Assembly (NCBI GenBank): GCA_963825935.1
Contig: CAWGUN010000009.1
Location: 89,281 to 153,280, forward strand
Length of the DNA: 64,000 nt
From: an uncultured Bacteroidales bacterium
Lineage (GTDB): Bacteria > Bacteroidota > Bacteroidia > Bacteroidales > VadinHA17
Direction of reading: 5' to 3'
The translations under genes were made by a program, and so were the position numbers. Numbering within the stretch: position 1 is the first letter of the stretch; each line of letters opens with the position of its first letter. This document shows, in pieces, positions 52,217 through 62,146 of this stretch. The notes beneath the pieces were generated by a model. That model worked only from the letters and a program-made list of their open reading frames with translations, had not been told where the DNA came from and ran no database searches.

Positions 52217-52236
52217 TTAACATTTTCCTAAGATAC
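52217..52236 (+). repeat. right copy of the direct repeat bracketing the two-gene cassette
   Basis: TTAACATTTTCCTAAGATAC, 37 nt upstream of the channel start codon. Confidence 0.5.
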
Positions 52237-52381
52237 AGATTTCACTGTGTAATTTTTTTATTTATAGAATATCAAATTCAGAGATTTTCTAATTCCAAAG
52301 TTCAGAGGACTCTCTTCAGTTATCAGCTTAAACTCCCATTTAATGGGTATTCCCAGTTAAGCATTACATGGAATCCGGCTT

Positions 52382-53797
52382 CTAAAATATCATTGTAAAC
52401 GTCGTACCCTTACCGGCTTCGGAGCTTACTTCAAGACGGGCATGATGCTGCATCATGATCTGCTGAGACAGACTAAGACCTATTCCTGATTTATTGGTTT
52501 TGGTTGAATAAAAAGGAAGGAATATCTGTTCAAGCTTATCTTTGCTTATGCCTGTTCCATTGTCAGAAAGGGATATATGTACCTGTCCGGCTTCATTTTT
52601 CCCTGCATTTAATATCAGTCCTGGATTTGAGGTTTCCTGCATCGCTTCCATTGCATTCTGAATAAGGTTTATCAATACCTGCTCAATAAGCTCAAGGTCA
52701 ACCTCAAGAGGAAGATCGGCCGGAATAATCTGTGTTTCAAGCTTTATGCCTGACTCTTTAAACTTTGCCCGGTAGAGTACGGTAATCCTGTCAAACAGCT
52801 CTTTTATAAGAATCTTTCTGATATTTGGCTTTGGAATTTGAGAAATACTTTTGGTGGCCTTTACAAAATCAATCAGTGCCTGAGTCCTCGATTCAATAAT
52901 TTTTAAGCTGTGATGAATATCTTCAGTTGTTTCTTCACCGATCATATCAGGTTTTAAAACTGCACCTGACTCATCTTCCAGCATCTGTCCTGTCATTCCG
53001 GCCAGGTTGGTGATTGGAATCGCCGAGTTTACAATTTCATGTGTTATTATATTTACCAGTTTCTGCCAGGTACTTATCTCCTTGCTTACCAGTTCATCTT
53101 TTTGCCGCTCTATCTCATTTTTTTGCTTTTTTAACTCTAAATTCTGACTGGCAAGTTCGTTGTTCTTCCTTCTCATCTCTCCCTCATATTGGAAATTAAG
53201 TCTCCGCAGGTAATAAATACAGGCATTAATAAACAGGAAAACAGTTACATTAGAAATCTTGTAGAAAGCATAAAAAGAATTTATGCTATCTACAATTTTG
53301 TAATCTCCCTTCCCAAACAAAACCATGATATTGTCAATAGTTGTCACTAAAAAGAAATAATAAGCGATAGAAAACCAAAAGAGAAATTTTTCCTCCCTCG
53401 GATTTACTAATAATTGAGGGACAATGGATGCCGATATTACTAAATACGGGTAATAATAAAAACTTTCCTCTTCAACATATCCTATTAAAGTCGGGCCCAG
53501 CAGGAAAACTATAGTAGGAAGAAAAACAAGAGACAACCTGCTAAGTTGTGTATACCCAAATCGTGCAATAACCAGGTTCAGAAAGGTGACGAGAAGAAGA
53601 ATCACCACCCGTAGTGTTCCATAAGATAAGTCATCATTGGATTTCAGAAGTACTGCAACGGTATAAACAAGCAAGAAAAACATGGTTATAAACATCACAA
53701 AGTTGAGCTGATTGGTAAGAACTATTGTTCTCTCGCTCAACTGTCTGTTTTCTGAGTTTATTCCAAGGTTTGAAATGTAATTCCAGATCTTACGCAT
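52382..53797 (-). CDS. membrane sensor histidine kinase
   Basis: 471 aa with about six N-terminal TM helices and a coiled coil. The H-box is IITHEIVNSAIPI, the N-box LINLIQNAMEAM, G1 DNGTGI and G2 GIGLSLS. Confidence 0.85.
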   Translation of the reverse strand: MRKIWNYISNLGINSENRQLSERTIVLTNQLNFVMFITMFFLLVYTVAVLLKSNDDLSYGTLRVVILLLVTFLNLVIARFGYTQLSRLSLVFLPTIVFLLGPTLIGYVEEESFYYYPYLVISASIVPQLLVNPREEKFLFWFSIAYYFFLVTTIDNIMVLFGKGDYKIVDSINSFYAFYKISNVTVFLFINACIYYLRRLNFQYEGEMRRKNNELASQNLELKKQKNEIERQKDELVSKEISTWQKLVNIITHEIVNSAIPITNLAGMTGQMLEDESGAVLKPDMIGEETTEDIHHSLKIIESRTQALIDFVKATKSISQIPKPNIRKILIKELFDRITVLYRAKFKESGIKLETQIIPADLPLEVDLELIEQVLINLIQNAMEAMQETSNPGLILNAGKNEAGQVHISLSDNGTGISKDKLEQIFLPFYSTKTNKSGIGLSLSQQIMMQHHARLEVSSEAGKGTTFTMIF

Positions 53798-53844
53798 AAG
53801 CTATTTAAATTACTCTGTGCAATTCTTTTTCAAATGACTTCTGA

Positions 53845-55230
53845 TCAGTATCCCATTCCGAAATAGGCAATCTTTCTGTATAAGGTACTTCTTGCTATTC
53901 CAAGTTCTTCTGATGCTTTCGAAAGGTTTCCGTTGTACTTGCTAAGCGCAGTGCTGATTGCGCTTTTTTCATAATCCTCAACACTGATAACAGGTCCGTC
54001 GATCTTCTGAATAGGTGAATATTTGATCTTCAATATAAAATCGTCCGGTGTCAGCGTTAAACTTTTGGAAAGGATAACTGCCCTTTCGATAGCATGTGCA
54101 AGTTCCCTTATATTCCCCGGCCAGTGATATGAATTCAATTTCCTGACGGTATCCTCCCCTAATGTTAAACCTTGTTTCCCATAGTGTTTTGAATATAATT
54201 CCAGGTAATAATCTGCAATCAGACTTATATCTTCTCCTCTTTCCCTTAATGGAGGAAGCATAATTTCAACTGTATTAATGCGATAAAGCAAATCCTGACG
54301 AAAATTGCCTGTGTCAGCCATCTGGTACAAAGGCATATTTGTAGCAGAAATCAGCCTGACATTAACAGGGACAGAATGATTGCTGCCAATTTTGACTACT
54401 GCCTTGTTCTGAATAGCAGTAAGGATTTTTGCCTGAAGGGGCAGACTGAGATTTCCAATTTCATCCAGGAAAAGCGTTCCGCCTGAAGCTGACTCAAACC
54501 TTCCGGTCCTCTCTTCTCTTGCATCCGTAAATGCTCCGCGTGTATGCCCGAATATTTCAGCTTCAAAAAGAGTCTCAGGAATTGCACATAAATCTACATG
54601 GACGAATGCTTCCTGTTTTCTTAAGGATTTATTATGCAAAGCCCATGCAACCAGTTCCTTACCGGTACCATTTTCCCCCAATATGAGGATGTTGGCATCA
54701 GTTGGAGCAACCATTTTAATGGTATCCATAATCTGTGCCATAACCTTTGACTGGCTGATGATTTCCGGATAATGATTTTCACTGTGATTTATTATCTTTT
54801 CGTTATTGCTCTTTATTTTGCTTCCGTCTTTCTGACCTGAGCCATGGCAGGCTGTATTATTTATTGCGTTAACAAGGCGCTCTCTATTCCATGGTTTTAT
54901 TATAAAATCGACAGCTCCCATCTTCATTGCCTGGACAGCCAGATTTATTTCACCATATGCAGTGGTCGTCAATACGCTGACATCCGGATCTATCTTATGT
55001 ATTTTCCTAAGCCATTCCAATCCCTCTTCCCCTGAAGTATTGCCTCTGGTAAAATTCATATCCAGCAAAACCACATCATATTTACATTTCTTAAAATATT
55101 CAGGAATTAAATCAGGCCGGTTAATAGTATCAACTTTCCCGAAAAGTCTTTTCAATGCCAGGCTTGCTGTATATAAGACATCGCCATCATCATCGACGAT
55201 CAATATGTTTCGGGGTAAGTTGGATTTCAT
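53845..55230 (-). CDS. sigma-54-dependent response regulator (NtrC family: REC, AAA+, Fis-type HTH)
   Basis: 461 aa. REC region ILIVDDD...LLDMNF, Walker A GENGTGKE, GAFTGA-type loop GAFTDA, and C-terminal HTH ARSTLYRKI. Confidence 0.9.
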   Translation of the reverse strand: MKSNLPRNILIVDDDGDVLYTASLALKRLFGKVDTINRPDLIPEYFKKCKYDVVLLDMNFTRGNTSGEEGLEWLRKIHKIDPDVSVLTTTAYGEINLAVQAMKMGAVDFIIKPWNRERLVNAINNTACHGSGQKDGSKIKSNNEKIINHSENHYPEIISQSKVMAQIMDTIKMVAPTDANILILGENGTGKELVAWALHNKSLRKQEAFVHVDLCAIPETLFEAEIFGHTRGAFTDAREERTGRFESASGGTLFLDEIGNLSLPLQAKILTAIQNKAVVKIGSNHSVPVNVRLISATNMPLYQMADTGNFRQDLLYRINTVEIMLPPLRERGEDISLIADYYLELYSKHYGKQGLTLGEDTVRKLNSYHWPGNIRELAHAIERAVILSKSLTLTPDDFILKIKYSPIQKIDGPVISVEDYEKSAISTALSKYNGNLSKASEELGIARSTLYRKIAYFGMGY

Positions 55231-55437
55231 TAGTAGTAAAGGTCAATGACTCTTAACCGGCAGTCTCAAAATATAAGTAAAGATAAGAAGTGTTGCATTA
55301 TGAGACAATGCCTTGTAGCAAAATGATGCAATAATAATCCAATCCCGGTTCCAATAATATTGTATACACCTGTTTCTTAATCAGTTATACAGACTGGCCT
55401 GATTATTGAATTCTTTATGCTCATAAAATCAGAAATT

Positions 55438-56178
55438 ATGAAAAAGTTAATTGTAACAATGTCGTTTTCTGCAGTTTTATTCTGCAGTTGCTCACATTAC
55501 TATTATGTGGCTAATGTTCAGAATGTACCGCTGTTCAGGGAAAAGAATGAGCTTCGCCTTTCCGGATTTTATGGAGGAGGAGATGAATCCATCAGCGGAG
55601 AAGCTCAGGCCGCTTATTCCATTACCGATCATATTGGTATTATGGCAGATTTTATGGCAGCAAAAGGAGGAAACGTTTCAAGCCAAAATTATGGTAAAGG
55701 AGAATACTTCGAGGGCGCTATCGGGTATTTCAGACCTGCAGGTGACAACGGAGTTTTTGAAATTTACGGTGGATTGGGCGGAAGCAATCAACACCATGAA
55801 TATGCATCCGAATATGATAATGTATATTACGGTTCTTCTCATTTATCATTTCTAAAATTCTTTGTTCAGCCTTCTTTTGGCTTAACTTTTAATATGTTCG
55901 ACATCGCCTTCTCAACTCGCTTTTGCAGTATGTCTTATGACATTAGAGATAATAGCATCTACGGAAATGAATATGAATATAGCGATCTCTATGCTGTTGC
56001 AAATAAGATTCATTTTAATTTAGAACCAGCGTTAACCTTTCGTGCAGGCTGGAAAAACGTAAAAGTGCAGGTGCAGGCTGAGTACGCAGGTTTATTGAAT
56101 AATCAGGGTTCGTACATTGGTGAGGACTGGCACCTCTCAATAGGGCTGAATTTTGCAATTGCGAACAGGTATAAATAG
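55438..56178 (+). CDS. hypothetical outer-membrane beta-barrel-like lipoprotein
   Basis: I prefer start MKKLIVTMSFSAVLFCSC (ATG 55438). The sequence has alternating aromatic/glycine strands. No family recognised. Confidence 0.45.
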   Translation: MKKLIVTMSFSAVLFCSCSHYYYVANVQNVPLFREKNELRLSGFYGGGDESISGEAQAAYSITDHIGIMADFMAAKGGNVSSQNYGKGEYFEGAIGYFRPAGDNGVFEIYGGLGGSNQHHEYASEYDNVYYGSSHLSFLKFFVQPSFGLTFNMFDIAFSTRFCSMSYDIRDNSIYGNEYEYSDLYAVANKIHFNLEPALTFRAGWKNVKVQVQAEYAGLLNNQGSYIGEDWHLSIGLNFAIANRYK

Positions 56179-56211
56179 TGAGTTCCATTATTTATCCATA
56201 GTTTCTGATTG

Positions 56212-56255
56212 AAGCCCGCAGGGATGAAGATTTTTCCTTACGGGCTTTTTAATTT
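56212..56255 (+). terminator. probable intrinsic terminator
   Basis: AAGCCCG(56212-56218) ... CGGGCTT(56241-56247) followed by TTTAATTTT. The loop is long, with additional internal pairing. Confidence 0.5.
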
Positions 56256-56343
56256 TGTGAATTTAGTATCAAAATAAAGTTGACTGATTGTATAACAAGG
56301 TTTAACTTTAATAAATTTTTAGACAAAAATTAAAATTTTCAAT

Positions 56344-57156
56344 ATGAAAATAATCGATATCTCACCTGAAAATGAAAGTCATTATTTCTGCTGTCTCGAG
56401 GAATGGTCGGAAGACATGAAGGATGCGGGAGATTGTAAACAGAAGTGGTATGAACTAATGAAAGACAAGGGATTGAAAGTTAAGTTTGCCCTGGATGATA
56501 ATAACATTATAGGGGGTATGATCCAGTATATCCCTGTTGAGTACTCCATGGTTGAGGGAAAGAATCTGTACGTTGTACTTTGCATTTGGGTTCATGGTCA
56601 CAAACAGGGCCGGGGAGATTATCGTAAACAAGGAATGGGTAAGGCATTATTAAAAGCTGCAGAAGATGATTGCAGGCATCTTGGGACAAACGGACTGGTT
56701 ACATGGGGGCTTATTATTCCGGTATTTATGCAGGCTTCGTGGTTCAAAAGACAGGGCTATAAAGTTGTTGATAAGAGCGGTATCATGAGGCTGATGTGGA
56801 AACCTTTCAATGAAAATGCAGTCGCTCCAAAAAATAGAAAACAGGTAAAGAAACCTTCAAAGGGAGACGGAAAAGTTAATCTTACCTTGTTCAGAAATGG
56901 CTGGTGTCAGTCAATGAACATTACCTGTGAGCGGGCTATCAGGGCATCAAAAGATTTTCCAGGGAAGATAAACCTGCAGCAATATGATTCAAAGGAAAGA
57001 GAGGTTCTAAACGAATGGGGTATAACTGACGGTCTTTTTATTAACGGTAAAGAGGTAAGTATTGGCCCACCAATCTCTTATAAGAAAATCAGAAAGAAAA
57101 TAGAAAGGAAAGTGAGAAGGGAATACAAATCAACTGTTATTTCCCATCAATCATAA
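56344..57156 (+). CDS. GNAT family N-acetyltransferase with a C-terminal ~90-aa extension (YoaP-like, recalled)
   Basis: 270 aa. The GNAT core is HGHKQGRGDYRKQGMGKALL. The C-terminal domain has a WCQ...GPP pattern. The YoaP-like assignment is from memory only. Confidence 0.55.
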   Translation: MKIIDISPENESHYFCCLEEWSEDMKDAGDCKQKWYELMKDKGLKVKFALDDNNIIGGMIQYIPVEYSMVEGKNLYVVLCIWVHGHKQGRGDYRKQGMGKALLKAAEDDCRHLGTNGLVTWGLIIPVFMQASWFKRQGYKVVDKSGIMRLMWKPFNENAVAPKNRKQVKKPSKGDGKVNLTLFRNGWCQSMNITCERAIRASKDFPGKINLQQYDSKEREVLNEWGITDGLFINGKEVSIGPPISYKKIRKKIERKVRREYKSTVISHQS

Positions 57157-58033
57157 TCGGTAGTCCTTTGCCGTTAGTCATTAAAATCAGCTTGGAATTG
57201 GGCGAAGAGGAGATAGCCTTGATCATTTCATATTGAAGCAGCCTGTCACTTAGTCCTGAGCTTAATATTTTCTGATAATCCGCAATACCCTGGGCTTCAA
57301 CCCTTTTCCGTTCTGCTTCCTGTCTTTCCTTCTGAAGAACAAAGGTCATTTTCTGAGCTTCCTGTTCAGCATTGATCTTTGATTCAATGGCAGCTTTAAC
57401 TGACTCCGGAAGAGTAATATTCCTTACTAAAAGCTGCTCAAGCACCAGACCTCTTTCTTTGAAATTTAATTCAATGGATGAAAATATCTTGCCCTGAAAT
57501 TCATCCCTCCTGGATGAAAATAAGGCGACTGCATCATAATATACAGCATTATTCCTTATCCCAGTCCTGCAAATAGGACGAACCAGAACATTTCTATAGT
57601 CTGTCCCAACCTCTTTAAGGATGCGGGGTGCTTCAGCCGGAATTACTCTATATAAAACTGTAAGGTCAATAATTACTTCCAGACCGTCCGCAGACAGGAC
57701 ACGTATGGCATCATCGGTCCGCTTCGCACCCTCATCAAGTACTCCCGACATCGTATAATTCTCTGTTTTAACGTCGAACATAACAACCTTGACCAGCGGA
57801 TTAATAAGATTCAGTCCGCTTTCAAGAGTGTTATTGCTTACTTTGCCGAACAATTTCTGCACACCTACCATTCCGGGTTCAACCTGTACAACCGACGCAA
57901 TGGCAAGAAGTAGCAGAAAAATCAAACCTGCAGCTGACATTACTATTGATTTGTGACTCTTCAGATAAGGAACAGTTCTGACTACAAAAAATGCAATAAG
58001 GATAATTAAGATCCCCGTTATTATTAAGGTCAT
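57137..58033 (-). CDS. SPFH/Band 7 (prohibitin/HflC-like) membrane protein
   Basis: 298 aa with an N-terminal TM segment, an SPFH core (VEPGMVGVQKLFGKV...VLYRV) and a coiled-coil tail. Its 3' end overlaps the convergent GNAT gene by 20 nt. Confidence 0.85.
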   Translation of the reverse strand: MTLIITGILIILIAFFVVRTVPYLKSHKSIVMSAAGLIFLLLLAIASVVQVEPGMVGVQKLFGKVSNNTLESGLNLINPLVKVVMFDVKTENYTMSGVLDEGAKRTDDAIRVLSADGLEVIIDLTVLYRVIPAEAPRILKEVGTDYRNVLVRPICRTGIRNNAVYYDAVALFSSRRDEFQGKIFSSIELNFKERGLVLEQLLVRNITLPESVKAAIESKINAEQEAQKMTFVLQKERQEAERKRVEAQGIADYQKILSSGLSDRLLQYEMIKAISSSPNSKLILMTNGKGLPIMIDGK

Positions 58034-58200
58034 GATTTAGATGTTTATAAATTTTAAAATATGTGTTTTATATCCAGTACTAAGGTAATCAGAAAAATAG
58101 AAACAGGTTGATTCTGAACTATCAAATTTGAGGTTGTTTTGTTTACCAGATAATTCAAAATATTTTTATCATATTTATACAACAAAATAAATACTGGCGT

Positions 58201-59235
58201 ATGAAAAAAGTTCTTTTTATTATCCCGGTACTTTTAATAGCGCTTCCCATTATGCTTTCAGGACAGGATCAACCTGCATATAATTACAAAGAAGGAAATC
58301 CTGCTGAAAACCTGCCTACTTATATCAAAAGGATCACTCAGTTCGGTGAAAGAGCCGACTGGTCACACGACGGTAAAAAAATCCTTTTTGTTGAAAAAAC
58401 CTATGGTGATATATATGAGGCTGAACTATCGACCGGTAAAATTTCCCTGATTACCGGGCATTTCTACCATGGGGGGTTCACCAGGGCTCTATATCTTGCA
58501 AACGGGGATGTTCTTTTATCGGGCTGCACAAGTTTTGATGCAGCAGATCCGCATGTAAATCGTCAGAAGAAAGCAGAATTATGGGTTCTCGACAAAAGCT
58601 ACAGAAAACCACCGGTTCGTCTGGGCACAAAATGCTCAGAAGGACCAGCTGTTTCAAGAAAAAATATGAAAATTGCCTGGACAGTGGTGAGTAACCAGTA
58701 TCCCGACAGCCTGAAAAGAGGTCAGTATCTGTTCCTGATGGCTGATCTTATTTATGATAATGGCGTACCAAAACTCGCCAACAGGAAAGTTATATTTGAT
58801 AATACCGGTACTCCTTACAGGGATATCGAGGTTCAGAATTTTGTGCCTCCTGATGAAAAAATGCTAATATTCTCAGGGTACCAGTACCGGGGGACTGACG
58901 TTATGATGCTTGATACAGAAACCGGAGCAGTAAAAGACATGTCAAATGCCGATAACCAGTATGATGAGCCGGAAGGTATATTTCCCGATGGTAAATATTG
59001 TTGCGTGGAATGTGACCGGGAAACAGGTGCAGTGGATATTTACAAACTGAAACTTGATGGCAGCGGGGAACTGACAAGAATGACAAATTTCAGCGATTAC
59101 AAAGGATATAAAAGCTCTAATCCTGTAATTAGTGATGACGGCAGATTTATGGCATTCCAGCTTGCAAAATCAACTGACCTGGCAGGGATCGGTTACGGGA
59201 TATTCATCATGGATCTTAAAAAAGCAAAGAAATAA
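58201..59235 (+). CDS. secreted beta-propeller protein (PD40/TolB-like repeats)
   Basis: 344 aa with a signal peptide. Recurrent motifs are DGKKILF, PDEKMLIFSG, FPDGKY and SDDGRFMAF. Confidence 0.5.
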   Translation: MKKVLFIIPVLLIALPIMLSGQDQPAYNYKEGNPAENLPTYIKRITQFGERADWSHDGKKILFVEKTYGDIYEAELSTGKISLITGHFYHGGFTRALYLANGDVLLSGCTSFDAADPHVNRQKKAELWVLDKSYRKPPVRLGTKCSEGPAVSRKNMKIAWTVVSNQYPDSLKRGQYLFLMADLIYDNGVPKLANRKVIFDNTGTPYRDIEVQNFVPPDEKMLIFSGYQYRGTDVMMLDTETGAVKDMSNADNQYDEPEGIFPDGKYCCVECDRETGAVDIYKLKLDGSGELTRMTNFSDYKGYKSSNPVISDDGRFMAFQLAKSTDLAGIGYGIFIMDLKKAKK

Positions 59236-59255
59236 AACAACTTTCTATCTCTCTA

Positions 59256-62117
59256 TTAATCAATTATTAATAGCCTCTTTACCGTATTAAACTCAATTTC
59301 TGTCTGGGGGTTAAAGCTATTGCTATTCATATATTTCAGCATGGAGCTTAGAAGCTGTTTAGTAACAGGTCTCTGATCAAGACTCTCCTTCATATTTATG
59401 GAGCAGACCAGCAGCTTGCCATTTCCTGTCTTTGCTTCGAAAGCAAGTGCCAGCTTCCGGTTTTCAAACCATGTATCGATCGGCTGAATAAGCGGTTTTA
59501 ACTGAGCCGGGAAACCATCAAGTATCATTGCCTGTGAATGAGTTACCGGATCCCACCATTGCCAGTTGCTGTGAAACTCAGTCGGAAAATCTTTAAATAT
59601 TGGATGCCGCGGATCACATAGTATTCCAAGAGTATGCGGTGGCTGGTTCCTTGTCCAGGCTGTATTCCAGAATATGCTTGAGAATCCGATTGCTACCTGG
59701 GAACCTGAGTCTTTCCCGATTTTCCCATAAGCAAGCAATAAAACTGAACCTCCATTTTTAAGAAAATCTTCAGCATTCCTGTCAAGATCTTCAGTTACTA
59801 AAACTTTTTCTGCATTTATTTCCTGGTTTTCCGGATATATCCATAAATCCCAGCAGTTCCTGAAAGGGGTCCCGGCGATTGATATTTCAAAATTCAGTTT
59901 CTGAGGAGCTGCTATCCCTGACAAATCGGTTGCGAATACGCCTGCTACAACAGGATTCCCGGACTCAATTACATCCATCTTCATTATCTCTTTGCGGATA
60001 ACTTTCCCGCCAGAGTCACTCAACCGGCATATTATCTCAGCATTACGGATCGGCTCAGCGCCAAAATGTGCTATTTCAATTCTTGGTTCAAATGTTTCCC
60101 CGGTCCTGTAAACCATTTTTGATATCCTTGCAAGAGGGACAGTCGAATTGCAGAACATTCTGAATTCTTCAGGTTTGATGTACCCTTTTGATTCAAAAAA
60201 CGGACTCAGTATTCCAACCAGGGCAGTTCCCTGTCCCGGGAAATCATGCAGCTGAAGGATCTGAAAACCTCCAAATCCGGGTGTGCGCAAGGCTGCTTCA
60301 ATGTCAGCCTTATAACATAGTGCCTGCAGCTTCCCTGAAGCCATCAGAAAATCTTCAGCCTGATCAGCCATTTTATGCTCAGCAAGTGATTCCCTGAATA
60401 TCTCAAAGTTGGTTGGTTTAAGGACACCTGTATATTTTTCAATCTCTTTAAAATCGGGATATACGCACCATTGTCCTATTTCATGACTGACAGTCGGTAC
60501 ACTGTATTTTGACACAAAATCACGATAGTCAAACATTGTCTGTGGTGGCTCTGCATTTATGATGCTTTTCAGACCTTCTCCCCAATGCTGAATACGCGGT
60601 TCGGAAGTCAGGTTATAATCATTTTCAGGTATTATGGGCCAGCCGGCTCCTGAAGTATAGACTCTTCGATTATCTTTTGATTTCCAATATGTTATTAATT
60701 TCCCAAGGTATTCCTTCTGGTTTCTGCCTGCAGGTTCATTTCCATAGGCAAGCATGCAGAATGATGGATGGTTTCCATACTCTTTGATTATCCTGTCGCC
60801 CTCCTCATAAATAAACCTGTCAAGAGGACTCCCGTCACCTATTGTGCTTCCCTGGTTTGCCCAGGAGCTGCACTCTATATGAAAATAGATGCCGAGTCTG
60901 TCGGCAACAATAAAAGCAGCCTCCGGCGGACAGAAAGAATGAAACCGTCACATGATTCAATCCATAATCTTTTACTGTCGTAAGAACTTTCTCCCACGAT
61001 TTAATATCTGATGGCGGGTATCCCGTAAGTGGAAAAATACAGCATTCAGTTGTCCCTCTGAGGAAAACAGGATTGCCATTTACTTCGAAACGGGTTCCGG
61101 CTGCTTTAAATTCTCTCATTCCGAAATCAACCGAGCTGTAATCAGATGCTCCACTTTTTGAATCTTTAAGTGTTACTGACAGTTTATACAATGAAGGATT
61201 GAATTCACTCCACTTTTCAAAGTTTTTCCCCATGGGATAATCAATAATGATAAGGGTATTTTCAGATGAGAATTCCACTCTCTTCGTCTGTGATTTCACC
61301 CTGTTTATTTTATCCGTATTGAAGCTCTCTGCAGAAACTTTCAGTTTCCCCAAGAAAGGCTTTTTATCCTTGTTTGAAATGGCTACTATTACTTTCGCAT
61401 TTCTTTTCTGAAGATCAGGATACACACTTATGTCGCTGATAAAAACTTCCGGAAATGCTTTCAGACAAATGTTACCGGTAATACCGTTCCAGTTCGACTG
61501 TGTATGATCGCTGATACTATGGGAGTTCACTCCAACCGGCACAATTATCCGGTTATCGATCCTTATGCTTATCCGGTTATTGCCGGGAACAGCCAGATCG
61601 GTTATATCATATTCGTGAGGCGTTGCCAGGCTGTTCTGAGTTCCTGCTTTTCCTGAATTAATATATACTGTTGATTCCCAGTGACATCTTTCAAGAAACA
61701 GAACAATTCTTTTCCCTTTCCAATCGGCGGAATTTCAATTTCCTTCTGGTACCACGCAGCACCTTTAAAATATTTAACCGGTTTAAGCCAGAATGGGATT
61801 TTTATGTTACCGGGCTGCCGGTATTTTTCATATTTCTTTTCAGTGAAGTACGATCTGTCAACAATATCACCGGTCCAGTCAGTCTTAAGGGTCACCTCAT
61901 CACCTTTACCATTCTCGGCCATTGAGCCCGGGAGCCTGACACTCTCTGTAAATGAATCATTATACCATTCATTATTAGTACCCTGATTGAGACTGTCAAT
62001 TCTGAATCCCCATTCTCCGGCCAGCGAAATATTATTCCGTGTTTCAGGTATTTTCCCTGAGCACCCAGCAACAATAAATAACAGGATCAGAAATATATAT
62101 TCAGGTCTTTGCGCCAT
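59256..62117 (-). pseudogene. glycoside hydrolase family 2 (beta-galactosidase-like) gene broken by two frameshifts
   Basis: Three colinear ORFs make up the gene. The N-terminal piece carries a lipoprotein signal and WLKPVKYFKGAAWYQKEIEIP. The middle frame reads DWKGKRIVLFLERCHWEST...DYGLNHV. The C-terminal frame reads RFHSFCPPEAAFIVAD...MLAYGNEPAG...VSHEIGQW. The shifts lie near 61726-61732 (1 nt missing) and 60944-60950 (1 nt extra). Confidence 0.82.
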
Positions 62118-62146
62118 TGCGCCTCTGTGCCATTGCGCCATAATTA

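Noticed and set aside
55293-55331. TTGCAT ... ATGCAA inverted repeat as an enhancer (UAS) for the sigma54 activator.
   Set aside because: The arms are only 6 bp in AT-rich DNA, so a chance occurrence is expected. It is mentioned only as something to re-examine if the -24/-12 candidate holds up.
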